Positions 28,099 through 37,791 of a stretch of 40,181 nt of DNA are shown piece after piece. The notes under the pieces are model-generated. The model ran no database searches. It was not told the DNA's origin and was given only the letters and a program-made list of their open reading frames with translations. The stretch comes from Bacteroidota bacterium. GTDB lineage: Bacteria; Bacteroidota; Bacteroidia; Bacteroidales; GWE2-29-8. Made by a program: the position numbers and the translations under genes. Numbering within the stretch: the first letter of the stretch is position 1; every line of letters begins with the position of its first letter. The DNA lies in assembly GCA_030706235.1 (NCBI GenBank), contig JAUZOY010000003.1, positions 1 to 40,181 of the forward strand, given 5' to 3'.

Positions 28099-28126
28099 AA
28101 ATCCCAAATCCTAAATCCTAAATTCT
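28099..28126. repeat. Heptamer tandem repeat (AAATCCT)x4 in the rsmI/thiL divergent promoter region
   Basis: aaatccc aaatcct aaatcct aaattct. Confidence 0.8.
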
Positions 28127-28138
28127 AAAAAAATTCTA

Positions 28139-28146
28139 TACTTTTG
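28139..28146 (+). promoter_or_regulatory. -7 box (TACTTTTG) for thiL
   Basis: Consensus match 88 nt upstream of the ATG. A divergent box for rsmI (TAAGTTTG) lies at 28058-28065 on the - strand. Confidence 0.6.
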
Positions 28147-28234
28147 CAATCAAATAAATTATTGCTAGATATTCCAGAATCAGAAAGACTTAAGATGGAA
28201 GAGTTATAAGCAATAAAATAAATTTTACATAATT

Positions 28235-29278
28235 ATGCTTGAAGAAAAACTTAAAAGAACAGAATTGTCCGAGATGGGTGAGTTCAGACTTATTGATCAT
28301 CTTACTGAAGATATTAAAATAGTTAATAAGGAAACAATAAAAGGGGTGGGGGATGATGCAGCAGTTATTGATAATGGTAATTATGTTACTCTGGTTTCTA
28401 CAGATATACTTACTGAAGGTATTCATTTTGACCTTACTTATACCCCTCTTAAACATCTTGGGTATAAGGCTGCTGTGGTAAATTTTTCTGATATTGCCGC
28501 AATGAATGGAACTCCTAAGCAGATAACAGTTTCTATTGCGGTCTCGAATCGTTTTTCAGTTGAAGCTCTCGACGAATTTTATGATGGGTTAAAAATTGCA
28601 TGTAAAAAATATAATGTTGATCTTGTTGGTGGAGATACTACATCAAGTCTTAAAGGATTATTCATTAGTATTACTGTTGTCGGAATTGCAAAAAAAGATG
28701 ATGTTGTATACCGAAATACAGCAAAGGCTAATGACCTTATTTGCGTTACCGGTGATCTTGGTGGCGCCTTTATGGGATTAAAACTTCTTGAAAGAGAAAA
28801 AGAAGTTTTTAAAGCTGATCCGGGTATACAACCTGATCTTGAGGGATATGATTATATTGTTGGTAGACAATTGAAACCTGAAGCCAGAATGGATATTATT
28901 AAAATATTTAAAGATCTGAAAGTAAAACCTACTTCGATGATTGATATTTCTGATGGGCTTGCATCTGAAATTATGCATATATGTAAGGATTCAGACGTCG
29001 GCTGTAATGTATATCTCGACAAAATCCCAATTGATCCCACTACAAACAATATGGCTGTTGATTTTAATATGGCCGCTACTGTTGCTGCTCTTAATGGTGG
29101 TGAGGATTATGAATTGTTATTTACTATATCTCAGGATAATTATGAGAAAATAAAAACTGTTAAAGAAATAACTGTAATAGGTTATATTACAGAAGCTCGT
29201 GATAATTGTTATCTTGTTGCAAATGATAATTCATTGATTCCAATAAAAGCTCAGGGTTGGAATTCATTCCCCGAATAA
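28235..29278 (+). CDS. thiL: Thiamine-monophosphate kinase
   Basis: MGEFRLID, GVGDDAAV, NFSDIAAMNG, VGGDT, IDISDGL, GGEDYELLFT. Confidence 0.96.
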   Translation: MLEEKLKRTELSEMGEFRLIDHLTEDIKIVNKETIKGVGDDAAVIDNGNYVTLVSTDILTEGIHFDLTYTPLKHLGYKAAVVNFSDIAAMNGTPKQITVSIAVSNRFSVEALDEFYDGLKIACKKYNVDLVGGDTTSSLKGLFISITVVGIAKKDDVVYRNTAKANDLICVTGDLGGAFMGLKLLEREKEVFKADPGIQPDLEGYDYIVGRQLKPEARMDIIKIFKDLKVKPTSMIDISDGLASEIMHICKDSDVGCNVYLDKIPIDPTTNNMAVDFNMAATVAALNGGEDYELLFTISQDNYEKIKTVKEITVIGYITEARDNCYLVANDNSLIPIKAQGWNSFPE

Positions 29279-29390
29279 AAATTGTTTTGATTTAATTCAT
29301 TTAGCGAAACTTACACATCGTTAATAATAATTTAATAAAAACTTAAGAAACTTTTTACATTATTTTTGTTTCCGTTGTGCTTTTTATTAG

Positions 29391-29398
29391 TAGTTTTG
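29391..29398 (+). promoter_or_regulatory. -7 box (TAGTTTTG) for the TetR-RND operon
   Basis: Lies inside the ORF-track N-terminal extension, which implies the true start is TTG at 29426. Confidence 0.6.
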
Positions 29399-29425
29399 CA
29401 GCCCAAAAAAACTATTAATAAAAAG

Positions 29426-30052
29426 TTGGAAGAAAAACTAAAAAGTATTATAAAACAAGTATTGGCACTTTACCTGAAATATGGAATTAAAAGTGTGACA
29501 ATGGATGATGTAGCGCGGGAGCTTGGCATCTCAAAGAAAACTTTATATCAATATGTTGATGATAAAGACGATCTTGTTGAGAAAACATTAAATTTTTTTA
29601 ACGATAATGATAACCATGAATTTTGTAAAATTGATGATAATCAAAATGCAATAGATACTTTGCTTTTCGTTAGTGAACATGTTGCTAAGAAACTTAGCGA
29701 AATTAATCCTTCCATCGTTTATGATCTTCGAAAATATTATCCTGCACTTTGGAAAAATTTCAACGAAACTAAACGAGACCATATCTTTAGTCATATTAAA
29801 AAGAATATTGAAACAGGTATTCGTCAAGGACTGTACAGGGATGATTTCAATATTGATCTAATAGGAAGATTTTACGTGTTCAGGATGGAAATGGCTTATC
29901 ATTTTGAGTATTTTAAGACAAAAGAATATTCATTTGAAGAAATTTTCAGAACTATGTTTATTTATCATATCAGGGGAATTGCAAACCAAAAAGGAATAGA
30001 CTATCTTGAAAAAAAAATTAGGGAAGATAATTTAAAGGTATCAGTAAAATGA
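29426..30052 (+). CDS. TetR/AcrR family regulator
   Basis: YGIKSVTMDDVARELGISKKTLYQYVDDKDDLV HTH. Confidence 0.92.
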   Translation: MEEKLKSIIKQVLALYLKYGIKSVTMDDVARELGISKKTLYQYVDDKDDLVEKTLNFFNDNDNHEFCKIDDNQNAIDTLLFVSEHVAKKLSEINPSIVYDLRKYYPALWKNFNETKRDHIFSHIKKNIETGIRQGLYRDDFNIDLIGRFYVFRMEMAYHFEYFKTKEYSFEEIFRTMFIYHIRGIANQKGIDYLEKKIREDNLKVSVK

Positions 30053-31410
30053 AAAGAGTATTATTAATAGTATTGTTTGCTGTTTTTTTAATTTCCGTAA
30101 ATCTTTTTGCTCAGAATAAAAACACATTCAGCCTTAAGGAGGCAATGGATTATGGTTTGAAAAATGCTTATAATAATAAAACAGCTAATCTTGACTATGA
30201 ATCAGCTAAAAAGAAAGTAAAAGAAATTATTACTATTGGATTACCGCAAATTAATGCAGGTATTGATTACAATGATTTTATTCAAGTACCACAGGTCCCT
30301 TTACCTGAAAGTTTTTCTTATTTAATTAATAGTTTTATGCCGCCTGGATCACCTCCTCAGAAAACAATGAGTTTTCAAATGGAATACAATCTAAATCCGA
30401 AAATAAATGTAAGTCAGATAATATTTGATGGCTCATATATAATGGGATTACAGGCATCTAAAATTTTTCAACAATTTTATGCACAGGGTGTTAAAAAATC
30501 TGAAATAGAAACTCGTGCAGCTATTGCTCAATCATATTATCTTGTCCTTGTTGCGAATGAAAATAAAAAAATTCTTTCTTCAACTCTTGAAGATCTTGAT
30601 AAAACATTGAATGAAACAACTCAGATCCAGAAAAATGGATTTATAGAAGAAACTGATGTTGATCAGATAAAACTTCTTAAGCTTAATCTTTCAAATACTC
30701 TTAATAAAATTACACGCCAGGAGCAAATTGCTGAAAGTCTGCTTAAATTTCAAATGGGGATGAAAATAGATGATAATATTATTCTTAGCGATAGCCTTGC
30801 CGGACTTTTAATCAGCAACTCTTCTGAAGAAATTCTTCAAAAGAATCTTGAATTGAAAAATCATATAGATTATCAGATGCTTACAACGAATGAAACATTG
30901 AAAAACCTAAATCTCAAAAAAGAAAAATTCGGGTATTTACCTTCTTTAATTGCAATATTCAGCTATCAGCAAACAACTCAAAATAATACTTTTAATTTGC
31001 TTACAAGTAATGCTGTTTGGTATCCTACGACTATGTGGGGATTATCCCTTAAAATTCCTGTTTTTGATTGTGGTACTAAATATTTCAAAATTCAACAGGC
31101 AAAATTGGATATCGAAAAAACAAAGGTTCAACAGATTCAGCTTGAAGAAGGACTTAAAATGGAAGTTCAGACATCAAAGTCAAATTTTAGCAGCGCATTG
31201 GATACTTATAAAAAAGAAGTTGATAACAAAGAACTTGCAAATAAAATTTATTCAAAAACTTTAATCAAATACAAGAATGGTGTTTCAAGTAGTTTAGATT
31301 TAACTCAGGCTCATAATCAATACCTAACTACTGAGGCAAACTATTGTAATTCTGTTTTTGAATTGCTGAATGCTAAAACCAAACTTGATAAAGCCCTGGG
31401 AAATCTATAA
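30049..31410 (+). CDS. TolC family outer-membrane protein
   Basis: Signal peptide, FSLKEAMDYGL, GLPQIN, YLPSL, KYKNGVSSSLDLTQA. Confidence 0.92.
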   Translation: MKRVLLIVLFAVFLISVNLFAQNKNTFSLKEAMDYGLKNAYNNKTANLDYESAKKKVKEIITIGLPQINAGIDYNDFIQVPQVPLPESFSYLINSFMPPGSPPQKTMSFQMEYNLNPKINVSQIIFDGSYIMGLQASKIFQQFYAQGVKKSEIETRAAIAQSYYLVLVANENKKILSSTLEDLDKTLNETTQIQKNGFIEETDVDQIKLLKLNLSNTLNKITRQEQIAESLLKFQMGMKIDDNIILSDSLAGLLISNSSEEILQKNLELKNHIDYQMLTTNETLKNLNLKKEKFGYLPSLIAIFSYQQTTQNNTFNLLTSNAVWYPTTMWGLSLKIPVFDCGTKYFKIQQAKLDIEKTKVQQIQLEEGLKMEVQTSKSNFSSALDTYKKEVDNKELANKIYSKTLIKYKNGVSSSLDLTQAHNQYLTTEANYCNSVFELLNAKTKLDKALGNL

Positions 31411-31427
31411 ATATACTGAATGAATTT

Positions 31428-31452
31428 CCTGTCAGGTTTTCATCCTGACAGG
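31428..31452. repeat. REP-like palindrome CCTGTCAGG-N7-CCTGACAGG
   Basis: Perfect 9-bp inverted repeat in the TolC-MFP intergenic region. Confidence 0.7.
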
Positions 31453-31514
31453 TTTAAATTTTAAAATTAATAAACTAAAAAAATAAAAATTTAAATCAAA
31501 TAATAAGTTTAAAC

Positions 31515-32645
31515 ATGAAAAAAACAAGTAAAATAACCACATATGTAATCACAATGGTTATGATTTTTGTAATTGCTACAGGATGCAATAAAAATGTTGA
31601 TAAAAAAACGCAACTTGCAAAACTTAAAAAAGAACAGGCTGAATTGTCAGAAAAGATACAAGTATTGGAAAAAGAATTGATTGCCGAAGGTAAGGCTGAT
31701 CCCAAAATAGTCCAGGTTGCATTATCTGAAGTAAAACCTCAATTATTTGAACATTATATTGAAGTTCAGGGTAAAGTCGATGGTGATGACAATGTAACAG
31801 TAACTGCAAAAACAATGGGCGTTTTAACCAGAATATTAGTTAAACCAGGTGATGTTGTCAGAAAGAATCAGGTGCTTGCTGAAGTTGATGCTTCCGTATT
31901 GAAATCTACTCTTGATGAATTGAGAAGTTCATACACATTGATTAATAATTTATTTGAAAAACAAAAAACATTGTGGGATCAAAAGATTGGAACGGAAGTA
32001 CAGTATTTAACAGCAAAAAATAATAAGGAATCAATGGAGAAAAGGATTGCTACTTTACAGGAACAAATTGAATTAACCAGAATAGTTTCCCCGATTAGTG
32101 GCTCTGTTGAAGATGTACCTGTGAAAGTTGGTCAGGCTGTTTCTCCTGGATTTACCGTATTCAGAGTCGTAAACTTCTCAAAAATAAAAATATCCGCAGA
32201 TATTGCTGAGGCTTATGCTGCAAAAGTCAAAAAAGACAATGTTGTCAAAGTTTATTTTCCTGATATTCAAAAAGACATAGATGCTAATGTTTCTTTCGCA
32301 AGCAAATTTATTAACCCCATAAACAGAACTTTTACTGTTGAAGCCAGACTGTCCGGAGATCATATTGAATATAAGGCTAATATGATAGCTGTTGTTAAAG
32401 TAAACGATTATATTAATAAAGAAGCTATTGTTGTCCCTGTAAATGTCATCCAGAATGATCCCAAAGGAAAATTTATATATGTGTCTAAAAGTATTGGAAA
32501 TAAGTTAATTGCTAAAAAACAATATGTAAAAGAAGGTTTAACATATAATGGTATGGTTGAAATTAAAGAAGGTATTGCAATCGGCGATAAAGTCATTTCC
32601 AATAATTTCCAGAATGTTGAAGAAGACGGACAAATAAAACTTTAA
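31515..32645 (+). CDS. RND efflux periplasmic adaptor (MFP) lipoprotein
   Basis: Lipobox ATGC, VKPGDVVRKNQVL, IVSPISGSVE, RTFTVEA, EGIAIGDKVI. Confidence 0.93.
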   Translation: MKKTSKITTYVITMVMIFVIATGCNKNVDKKTQLAKLKKEQAELSEKIQVLEKELIAEGKADPKIVQVALSEVKPQLFEHYIEVQGKVDGDDNVTVTAKTMGVLTRILVKPGDVVRKNQVLAEVDASVLKSTLDELRSSYTLINNLFEKQKTLWDQKIGTEVQYLTAKNNKESMEKRIATLQEQIELTRIVSPISGSVEDVPVKVGQAVSPGFTVFRVVNFSKIKISADIAEAYAAKVKKDNVVKVYFPDIQKDIDANVSFASKFINPINRTFTVEARLSGDHIEYKANMIAVVKVNDYINKEAIVVPVNVIQNDPKGKFIYVSKSIGNKLIAKKQYVKEGLTYNGMVEIKEGIAIGDKVISNNFQNVEEDGQIKL

Positions 32646-32659
32646 ACTATACATTTCAT

Positions 32660-32690
32660 CCTCACCACTTTTTTTATAGATGTGGTGAGG
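32660..32690. other. Intergenic hairpin between MFP and RND genes (possible RNA stability or processing element)
   Basis: CCTCACCAC (32660-32668) / GTGGTGAGG (32682-32690) with a 13-nt loop and no following U tract on the + strand. Confidence 0.55.
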
Positions 32691-32713
32691 TAAAATAATT
32701 ATAAAATAAAAAC

Positions 32714-35700
32714 ATGAAGTTCGATTTTACAAAAGTTAAAGAGTTTAAACCAACAAGCTGGTCAATTGACAATAAAACCAGTATTTATGTACTAACGTTA
32801 ATAATAGTTATTTTTGGATTGGTAAATTACAATACAATACCAAAAGAACAGATCCCTGAAATAGTAATACCAACTATAATCGTAAGTACTGTTTATCCGG
32901 GAACATCACCCTCGGATATGGAAAACCTGGTTACACGTCCTATTGAAAAAAATATTAAATCAATTAATGGAGTTAAAAAAGTTACCAGTAATTCTGTACA
33001 GGATTTTTCTTCAATTGTTGTTGAGTTTAATACAGGGATTGCTGTGTCGGATGCTAAACAAAAGGTAAAAGATGCTGTGGATAAATCAAGAAATGATTTA
33101 CCAAATAATCTTCCGAATGAACCTAATGTAATGGATGTCGATTTTTCCGAATTTCCTATAATGTATATCAATCTTTCCGGCGATTTCGAAATGGATAAAC
33201 TTAAAAAGTATGCAGATGATGTTAAGGATAAAATTGAAGCATTACCTGAAATCACACGTGTTGATATTGTTGGTGCACTTGATAGAGAAATACAGATAAA
33301 TGTTGATATGTATAAAATGCAGGTTGCCGGTGTTGCTCTTAGCGACATTGAAAGAGCTGTAGCAAGCGAGAATGTTACAATATCAGGCGGTTCTATTGAT
33401 ATGCAGGGTATGAAGCGTTCAATTCGTGTAGTTGGCGAATTTAAAGATATGGATGTTATTCGAAATATCGTAATGAAATCTTCAAGTGGTGCTATTGTTT
33501 ACCTAAAAGATATTGCTGAAGTAAATGATACATATAAAGAAAGAGAAAGTTTTGCACGTCTTAATGGAAAGAATGTAATCACCCTTAATGTTATTAAGAA
33601 AAGCGGCCAGAATCTGATTGAAGCTTCTGATAAAATTGATCTGTTATTAAAGGAATTAAAATTAACAAAACTTCCTGAAAAACTTAATATTAATATTACA
33701 GCAAATCAGTCCGTAAGAACAAAGAGTCTCCTTAATGAATTGAATAATACAATTATTATAGGATTTATTCTGGTTACAATTGTTTTGATGTTCTTCATGG
33801 GTTTTACTAATGCCTTTTTTGTAGGTTTATCAGTGCCTCTGTCAATGTGCCTGACTTATATTGTTATGCCTGAGATTGGCTTTACTATGAATATGCTTGT
33901 AATGTTTGCATTTATTTTTGCACTCGGGATAGTAGTTGATGATGCAATAGTTGTTATTGAAAATACTCACAGAATTTTTTATCAGAATAAAGGAAAAATG
34001 GATATTACTCAGTCCGCAAAAGTTGCAGCAGGGGAGGTCTTTATTCCGATTTTATCCGGTACTCTTACCACTTTGGCACCTTTCTTCCCTCTTGCTTTCT
34101 GGCCAGGTATTGTAGGTAAATTTATGTACTTCATTCCTGTAACGTTGATTATTACTTTGTTCTCATCATTAATTGTCGCATATATTTTTAATCCTGTATT
34201 TGCTGTTTCTTTTATGACTCATACTGATGAAGATGATGCTGTGATTGTGGATAAAAAGAAATTGTTCAAAAATACTGGAATTATTGCAGCTTTCGGTATA
34301 TTGCTGCATATTATGAGTTTCAGAGGCCTAGGTAACTTTGTTCTGTTTGTTGCTGTTTCTTATGTTTTACATAATCTTTGGGGTGCAAACTTTTTCCTGA
34401 AATTTCAGCATAATTTTATCCCGCGACTGATTAATAAATATCAGAAACTTGTTGCATATATACTAGCAAAAAAACGTCCTTATTTTTTATTTTTCGGCGT
34501 TATAGGACTTCTTATTATTACTTTTATCCTGACTGCAATAATTAAACCTAAAGTTGTCTTTTTCCCGACAAGCGATCCTCAGTATATTTATGCATATATT
34601 TCTATGCCTGTTGGTACTTCTTTGGATGTAACGGATTCTGTTACAAAAGTTGTTGAGAATAGAATAAATAATGTAATAGGAAAGAATAACCCTATAGTTG
34701 AATCTGTCATTGCAAATGTGGCCTTAGGTGCCGGAGACCCTTATGATCATGAGACTAATATTGCTTCTCATAAGGGAAGGATACAGATTGAATTTGTAGA
34801 GTATTCCAAACGTCATGGCGTTTCAACTCAAATTTATCTTGATCGTATTCGTGATGCAGTTAAAGGAATAACCGGAGCAGAAATTACTGTTGAACAAAAT
34901 AGAAACGGGCCTCCTACCGGTAAACCCGTTAATATTGAAATTAGTGGCGAAAATCTGGATGAATTAATTGCTAATGCTGATGCTTTCAAGAAATATATCG
35001 TCTCACTTAATATTCCCGGAATAGAAGAACTTAAATCTGATTTCCAAAGTAGTAAACCTGAAATATTAGTTAATATAGACAGGGAAAGAGCAAATATTGA
35101 AGGAATTACAACCGGACAGGTTGGTATGGAATTAAGAACTGCAATATTTGGTAAGGAAATATCTAAATATAAGGATGCTGAAGATCAATATCCGATACAG
35201 CTTCGTTACGGAGAGACTGAAAGGAAAAGCATTGATAAACTTCTCGGACTTAAAATTACTTATCGTGATATGAATACTGGTTTATTACGCCAGATCCCTC
35301 TTTCTTCTATTGCAAAAGTTGATTACTCAAATTCTTATGGCGGAATAAAACGTAAAAATCTTAAAAGAGTAATTACTCTTTATTCGAATGTTCTTTCCGG
35401 ATATACTCCAAACGAAATAGTTAACCAGATTAATGCCGCTATACCTGATTTTAAGAAAAGTGAGGGAATAGAAATAAACCTTACAGGTGAAAGAGAAGAC
35501 CAGAATGACGCATCATCATTCCTTTCGAAATCAATGCTCCTGACTCTTTGTTTGATATTCTTTATTCTTATTACTCAGTTCAATTCAATAAGTAAACCAT
35601 TGATTATTCTTAGCGAAGTCATTTTTAGTATTATTGGTGTTCTCATAGGTTTTGATATTTTCGGAATGCCTATTTCTATAATTATGACCGGTATGGGTGT

Positions 35701-36115
35701 TGTAGCTTTGGGAGGAATCGTTGTAAGAAACGGAATTCTTTTAGTTGAGTTCACTGATAAACTGAAAGCTCAGGGATATAAGACCAGAGATGCAATAATT
35801 ATGGGTGGTAAAACCCGTATCACACCTGTACTCCTGACTGCCTCTGCTACTATTCTTGGATTAATTCCGCTTGCTATTGGTTTTAATATCAATTTTGTTA
35901 CACTGTTTACTGAGTTAAATCCTCATATTCATTTCGGCGGCGATAATGCTCAGTTCTTTGGATCTCTCGCCTGGTCTATTATATTTGGATTGAGCTTTGC
36001 TACTTTTCTTACTTTATTACTTATTCCTGCAATGTATTATATTGCTTATGTGTCAAAGTATAAAGTTTCAAGAAAAAGATTGCGTCGTAAAATTTTATCA
36101 GGTAAACAGATTTAA
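32714..36115 (+). CDS. AcrB/AcrD/AcrF family RND permease
   Basis: YPGTSPSDMENLVTRPIE, LGIVVDDAIVVIEN, GIVVRNGILL, TRITPVLLT; 1133 aa. Confidence 0.96.
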   Translation: MKFDFTKVKEFKPTSWSIDNKTSIYVLTLIIVIFGLVNYNTIPKEQIPEIVIPTIIVSTVYPGTSPSDMENLVTRPIEKNIKSINGVKKVTSNSVQDFSSIVVEFNTGIAVSDAKQKVKDAVDKSRNDLPNNLPNEPNVMDVDFSEFPIMYINLSGDFEMDKLKKYADDVKDKIEALPEITRVDIVGALDREIQINVDMYKMQVAGVALSDIERAVASENVTISGGSIDMQGMKRSIRVVGEFKDMDVIRNIVMKSSSGAIVYLKDIAEVNDTYKERESFARLNGKNVITLNVIKKSGQNLIEASDKIDLLLKELKLTKLPEKLNINITANQSVRTKSLLNELNNTIIIGFILVTIVLMFFMGFTNAFFVGLSVPLSMCLTYIVMPEIGFTMNMLVMFAFIFALGIVVDDAIVVIENTHRIFYQNKGKMDITQSAKVAAGEVFIPILSGTLTTLAPFFPLAFWPGIVGKFMYFIPVTLIITLFSSLIVAYIFNPVFAVSFMTHTDEDDAVIVDKKKLFKNTGIIAAFGILLHIMSFRGLGNFVLFVAVSYVLHNLWGANFFLKFQHNFIPRLINKYQKLVAYILAKKRPYFLFFGVIGLLIITFILTAIIKPKVVFFPTSDPQYIYAYISMPVGTSLDVTDSVTKVVENRINNVIGKNNPIVESVIANVALGAGDPYDHETNIASHKGRIQIEFVEYSKRHGVSTQIYLDRIRDAVKGITGAEITVEQNRNGPPTGKPVNIEISGENLDELIANADAFKKYIVSLNIPGIEELKSDFQSSKPEILVNIDRERANIEGITTGQVGMELRTAIFGKEISKYKDAEDQYPIQLRYGETERKSIDKLLGLKITYRDMNTGLLRQIPLSSIAKVDYSNSYGGIKRKNLKRVITLYSNVLSGYTPNEIVNQINAAIPDFKKSEGIEINLTGEREDQNDASSFLSKSMLLTLCLIFFILITQFNSISKPLIILSEVIFSIIGVLIGFDIFGMPISIIMTGMGVVALGGIVVRNGILLVEFTDKLKAQGYKTRDAIIMGGKTRITPVLLTASATILGLIPLAIGFNINFVTLFTELNPHIHFGGDNAQFFGSLAWSIIFGLSFATFLTLLLIPAMYYIAYVSKYKVSRKRLRRKILSGKQI

Positions 36116-36240
36116 AAATATCAAGCTTTGCTTGTCATTGTATTTTGTGATTATTTTTAACCTTTTATTCCTGATTTTGTAATGGGAATTTATACAAGAA
36201 TTACGTCACAATTATACTTTTATCTGTAAAAATATGATTA

Positions 36241-37182
36241 CTATATTTGAGTTTCGTATTTTCTAAGAAAAATCCTTATAATTATACTTTTAGAATATAA
36301 TAATTTAATTGAAAATATTCCTGAGAATGCACATAATATACCTGCTATTATATCCAGTACATAATGGTGACCCATATACACTGCTGAAAACCATGTGCCT
36401 AATACAAAAATAGTAAGGAATATACAAATATTCTTTAACTTGTTTTTTAATGCATAATATAATACAACTAAAGGATATGATGCATGAAGTGAAGGAAGTG
36501 CTGCAAATACATTTGAATTTTTTGAATATATGGATTCAAATATTTTAATATTTAAGCATTTGTCAAATCGTATAAATCCTGCTGCATTTCCTGGTATATT
36601 ATAATGTAGTTCAAACCCATATTGCTGTACATACCAGGGCGGTGCTGCTGGATGAATGTAATATATACAAAAACCTAAAAGATTTGTCAATAAAAAAGTT
36701 AGTGAGAATAATAAGAATTGACGTTTATTTTTCAGATACATGTAAAAAGCAAATAGGAGTGGAACAGACATCCAGTTTAAATAAAAAAATCCACTCAATA
36801 TATCTAGATATTGATTATTATTTTTTGAAAAAAACTCGTTTAAAGTTAATCTGTTACCATTAATATTGATGCCAAATAACTTTTTTTCTAGACAATATAT
36901 CTGAGCTATATCAATTTTATTGACAAGGTAGTTGGGGTATATTTTCATCATATCATAAATTACTCCAAACAAAACAAATGCAGTAAATCCTAAAATAAAT
37001 TTTCTTGCTTTCCCCCCATAAATGAATAAAAGATTATACAATATTGCCATTAAATAATGTTCAGTTTTTAATCCAATAAAAAGTTGTACTAAAATCAAAT
37101 AACAAGTAGTTATAAATCCAATAATTATAGCAGTTCTGATTGATTTATAATTCAGTTTTCCGGGTAATGTTTGTATTTGCAT
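36241..37182 (-). CDS. AUR1-like inositol phosphorylceramide synthase (PAP2 superfamily)
   Basis: HPAAPPWY, FAALPSLHAS, YMGHHYVLDIIAG. Multiple TM helices. Confidence 0.85.
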   Translation of the reverse strand: MQIQTLPGKLNYKSIRTAIIIGFITTCYLILVQLFIGLKTEHYLMAILYNLLFIYGGKARKFILGFTAFVLFGVIYDMMKIYPNYLVNKIDIAQIYCLEKKLFGININGNRLTLNEFFSKNNNQYLDILSGFFYLNWMSVPLLFAFYMYLKNKRQFLLFSLTFLLTNLLGFCIYYIHPAAPPWYVQQYGFELHYNIPGNAAGFIRFDKCLNIKIFESIYSKNSNVFAALPSLHASYPLVVLYYALKNKLKNICIFLTIFVLGTWFSAVYMGHHYVLDIIAGILCAFSGIFSIKLLYSKSIIIRIFLRKYETQI

Positions 37183-37200
37183 AGGTATATATTTAATTGA

Positions 37201-37770
37201 TTACGGTACAAATCTTTCCGTTATTTCAGCTCCTGTTTTTAGATCATTACCAAAGATATCTATATATGTTATTTTAGGAAACCAAAAAGGACCACCATCG
37301 TATTTAAAAAATATTTTGTTTAAAATCGATAGTTTGCCATTTATATATATGCAGGCATTATATTTTCTGTTTTCACCAGTCCTCAGTAAATAAATATTTC
37401 TTTTATGATAGCATACAAAATTAATAATAAAGCTTTCTTTATCTTTATCAACAAGTTTGCAATCTAAGCCATATGCATATTTTCTCTGTATAAAAGAAAG
37501 TTCAGCTTTGTTCCCTCCCTCTTCGAAACGTATCCAGTATGGATGAATAGGCTCTTTTGTGTTTATTTTACCTTCTGTGGAAAAGTTAATATCATAAGCT
37601 ATTGTGTTTTTATTATGCGATCTTTGAATATAAAATAGAAGTTTATCCGTTTTTAATGGAGTAGGGTAAGATGCATCATTTTTGATTTTTTCTTCATTTG
37701 AAAATTTTCCATTTAATCCAATAGAATTAAATAATAAAATAATATAAAATAGTAAGTTAATATAAGTCAT
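37201..37770 (-). CDS. DUF4833-like exported protein
   Basis: Signal peptide. LFYIQRSHNKNTIAYD, PYWIRFEE and LSFIQRKYAYG are recalled as DUF4833 motifs. Confidence 0.75.
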   Translation of the reverse strand: MTYINLLFYIILLFNSIGLNGKFSNEEKIKNDASYPTPLKTDKLLFYIQRSHNKNTIAYDINFSTEGKINTKEPIHPYWIRFEEGGNKAELSFIQRKYAYGLDCKLVDKDKESFIINFVCYHKRNIYLLRTGENRKYNACIYINGKLSILNKIFFKYDGGPFWFPKITYIDIFGNDLKTGAEITERFVP

Positions 37771-37791
37771 TGCTATTCGTAATTATTAAAC

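Noticed and set aside
28147-28234. Possible TPP riboswitch in the thiL leader
   Set aside because: No CUGAGA core or GC-rich stems, and the leader is short and AT-rich.
29366-29425. ORF-track N-terminal extension of the second TetR (similar extensions on wecB, the first TetR and GT4)
   Set aside because: It spans a -7 promoter box and precedes the family-typical start, so downstream starts were used.
36122-36134. CAAGC-TTT-GCTTG hairpin after the RND gene as a terminator
   Set aside because: The stem is only 5 bp and has no clear U-tract, so it is too weak to call.
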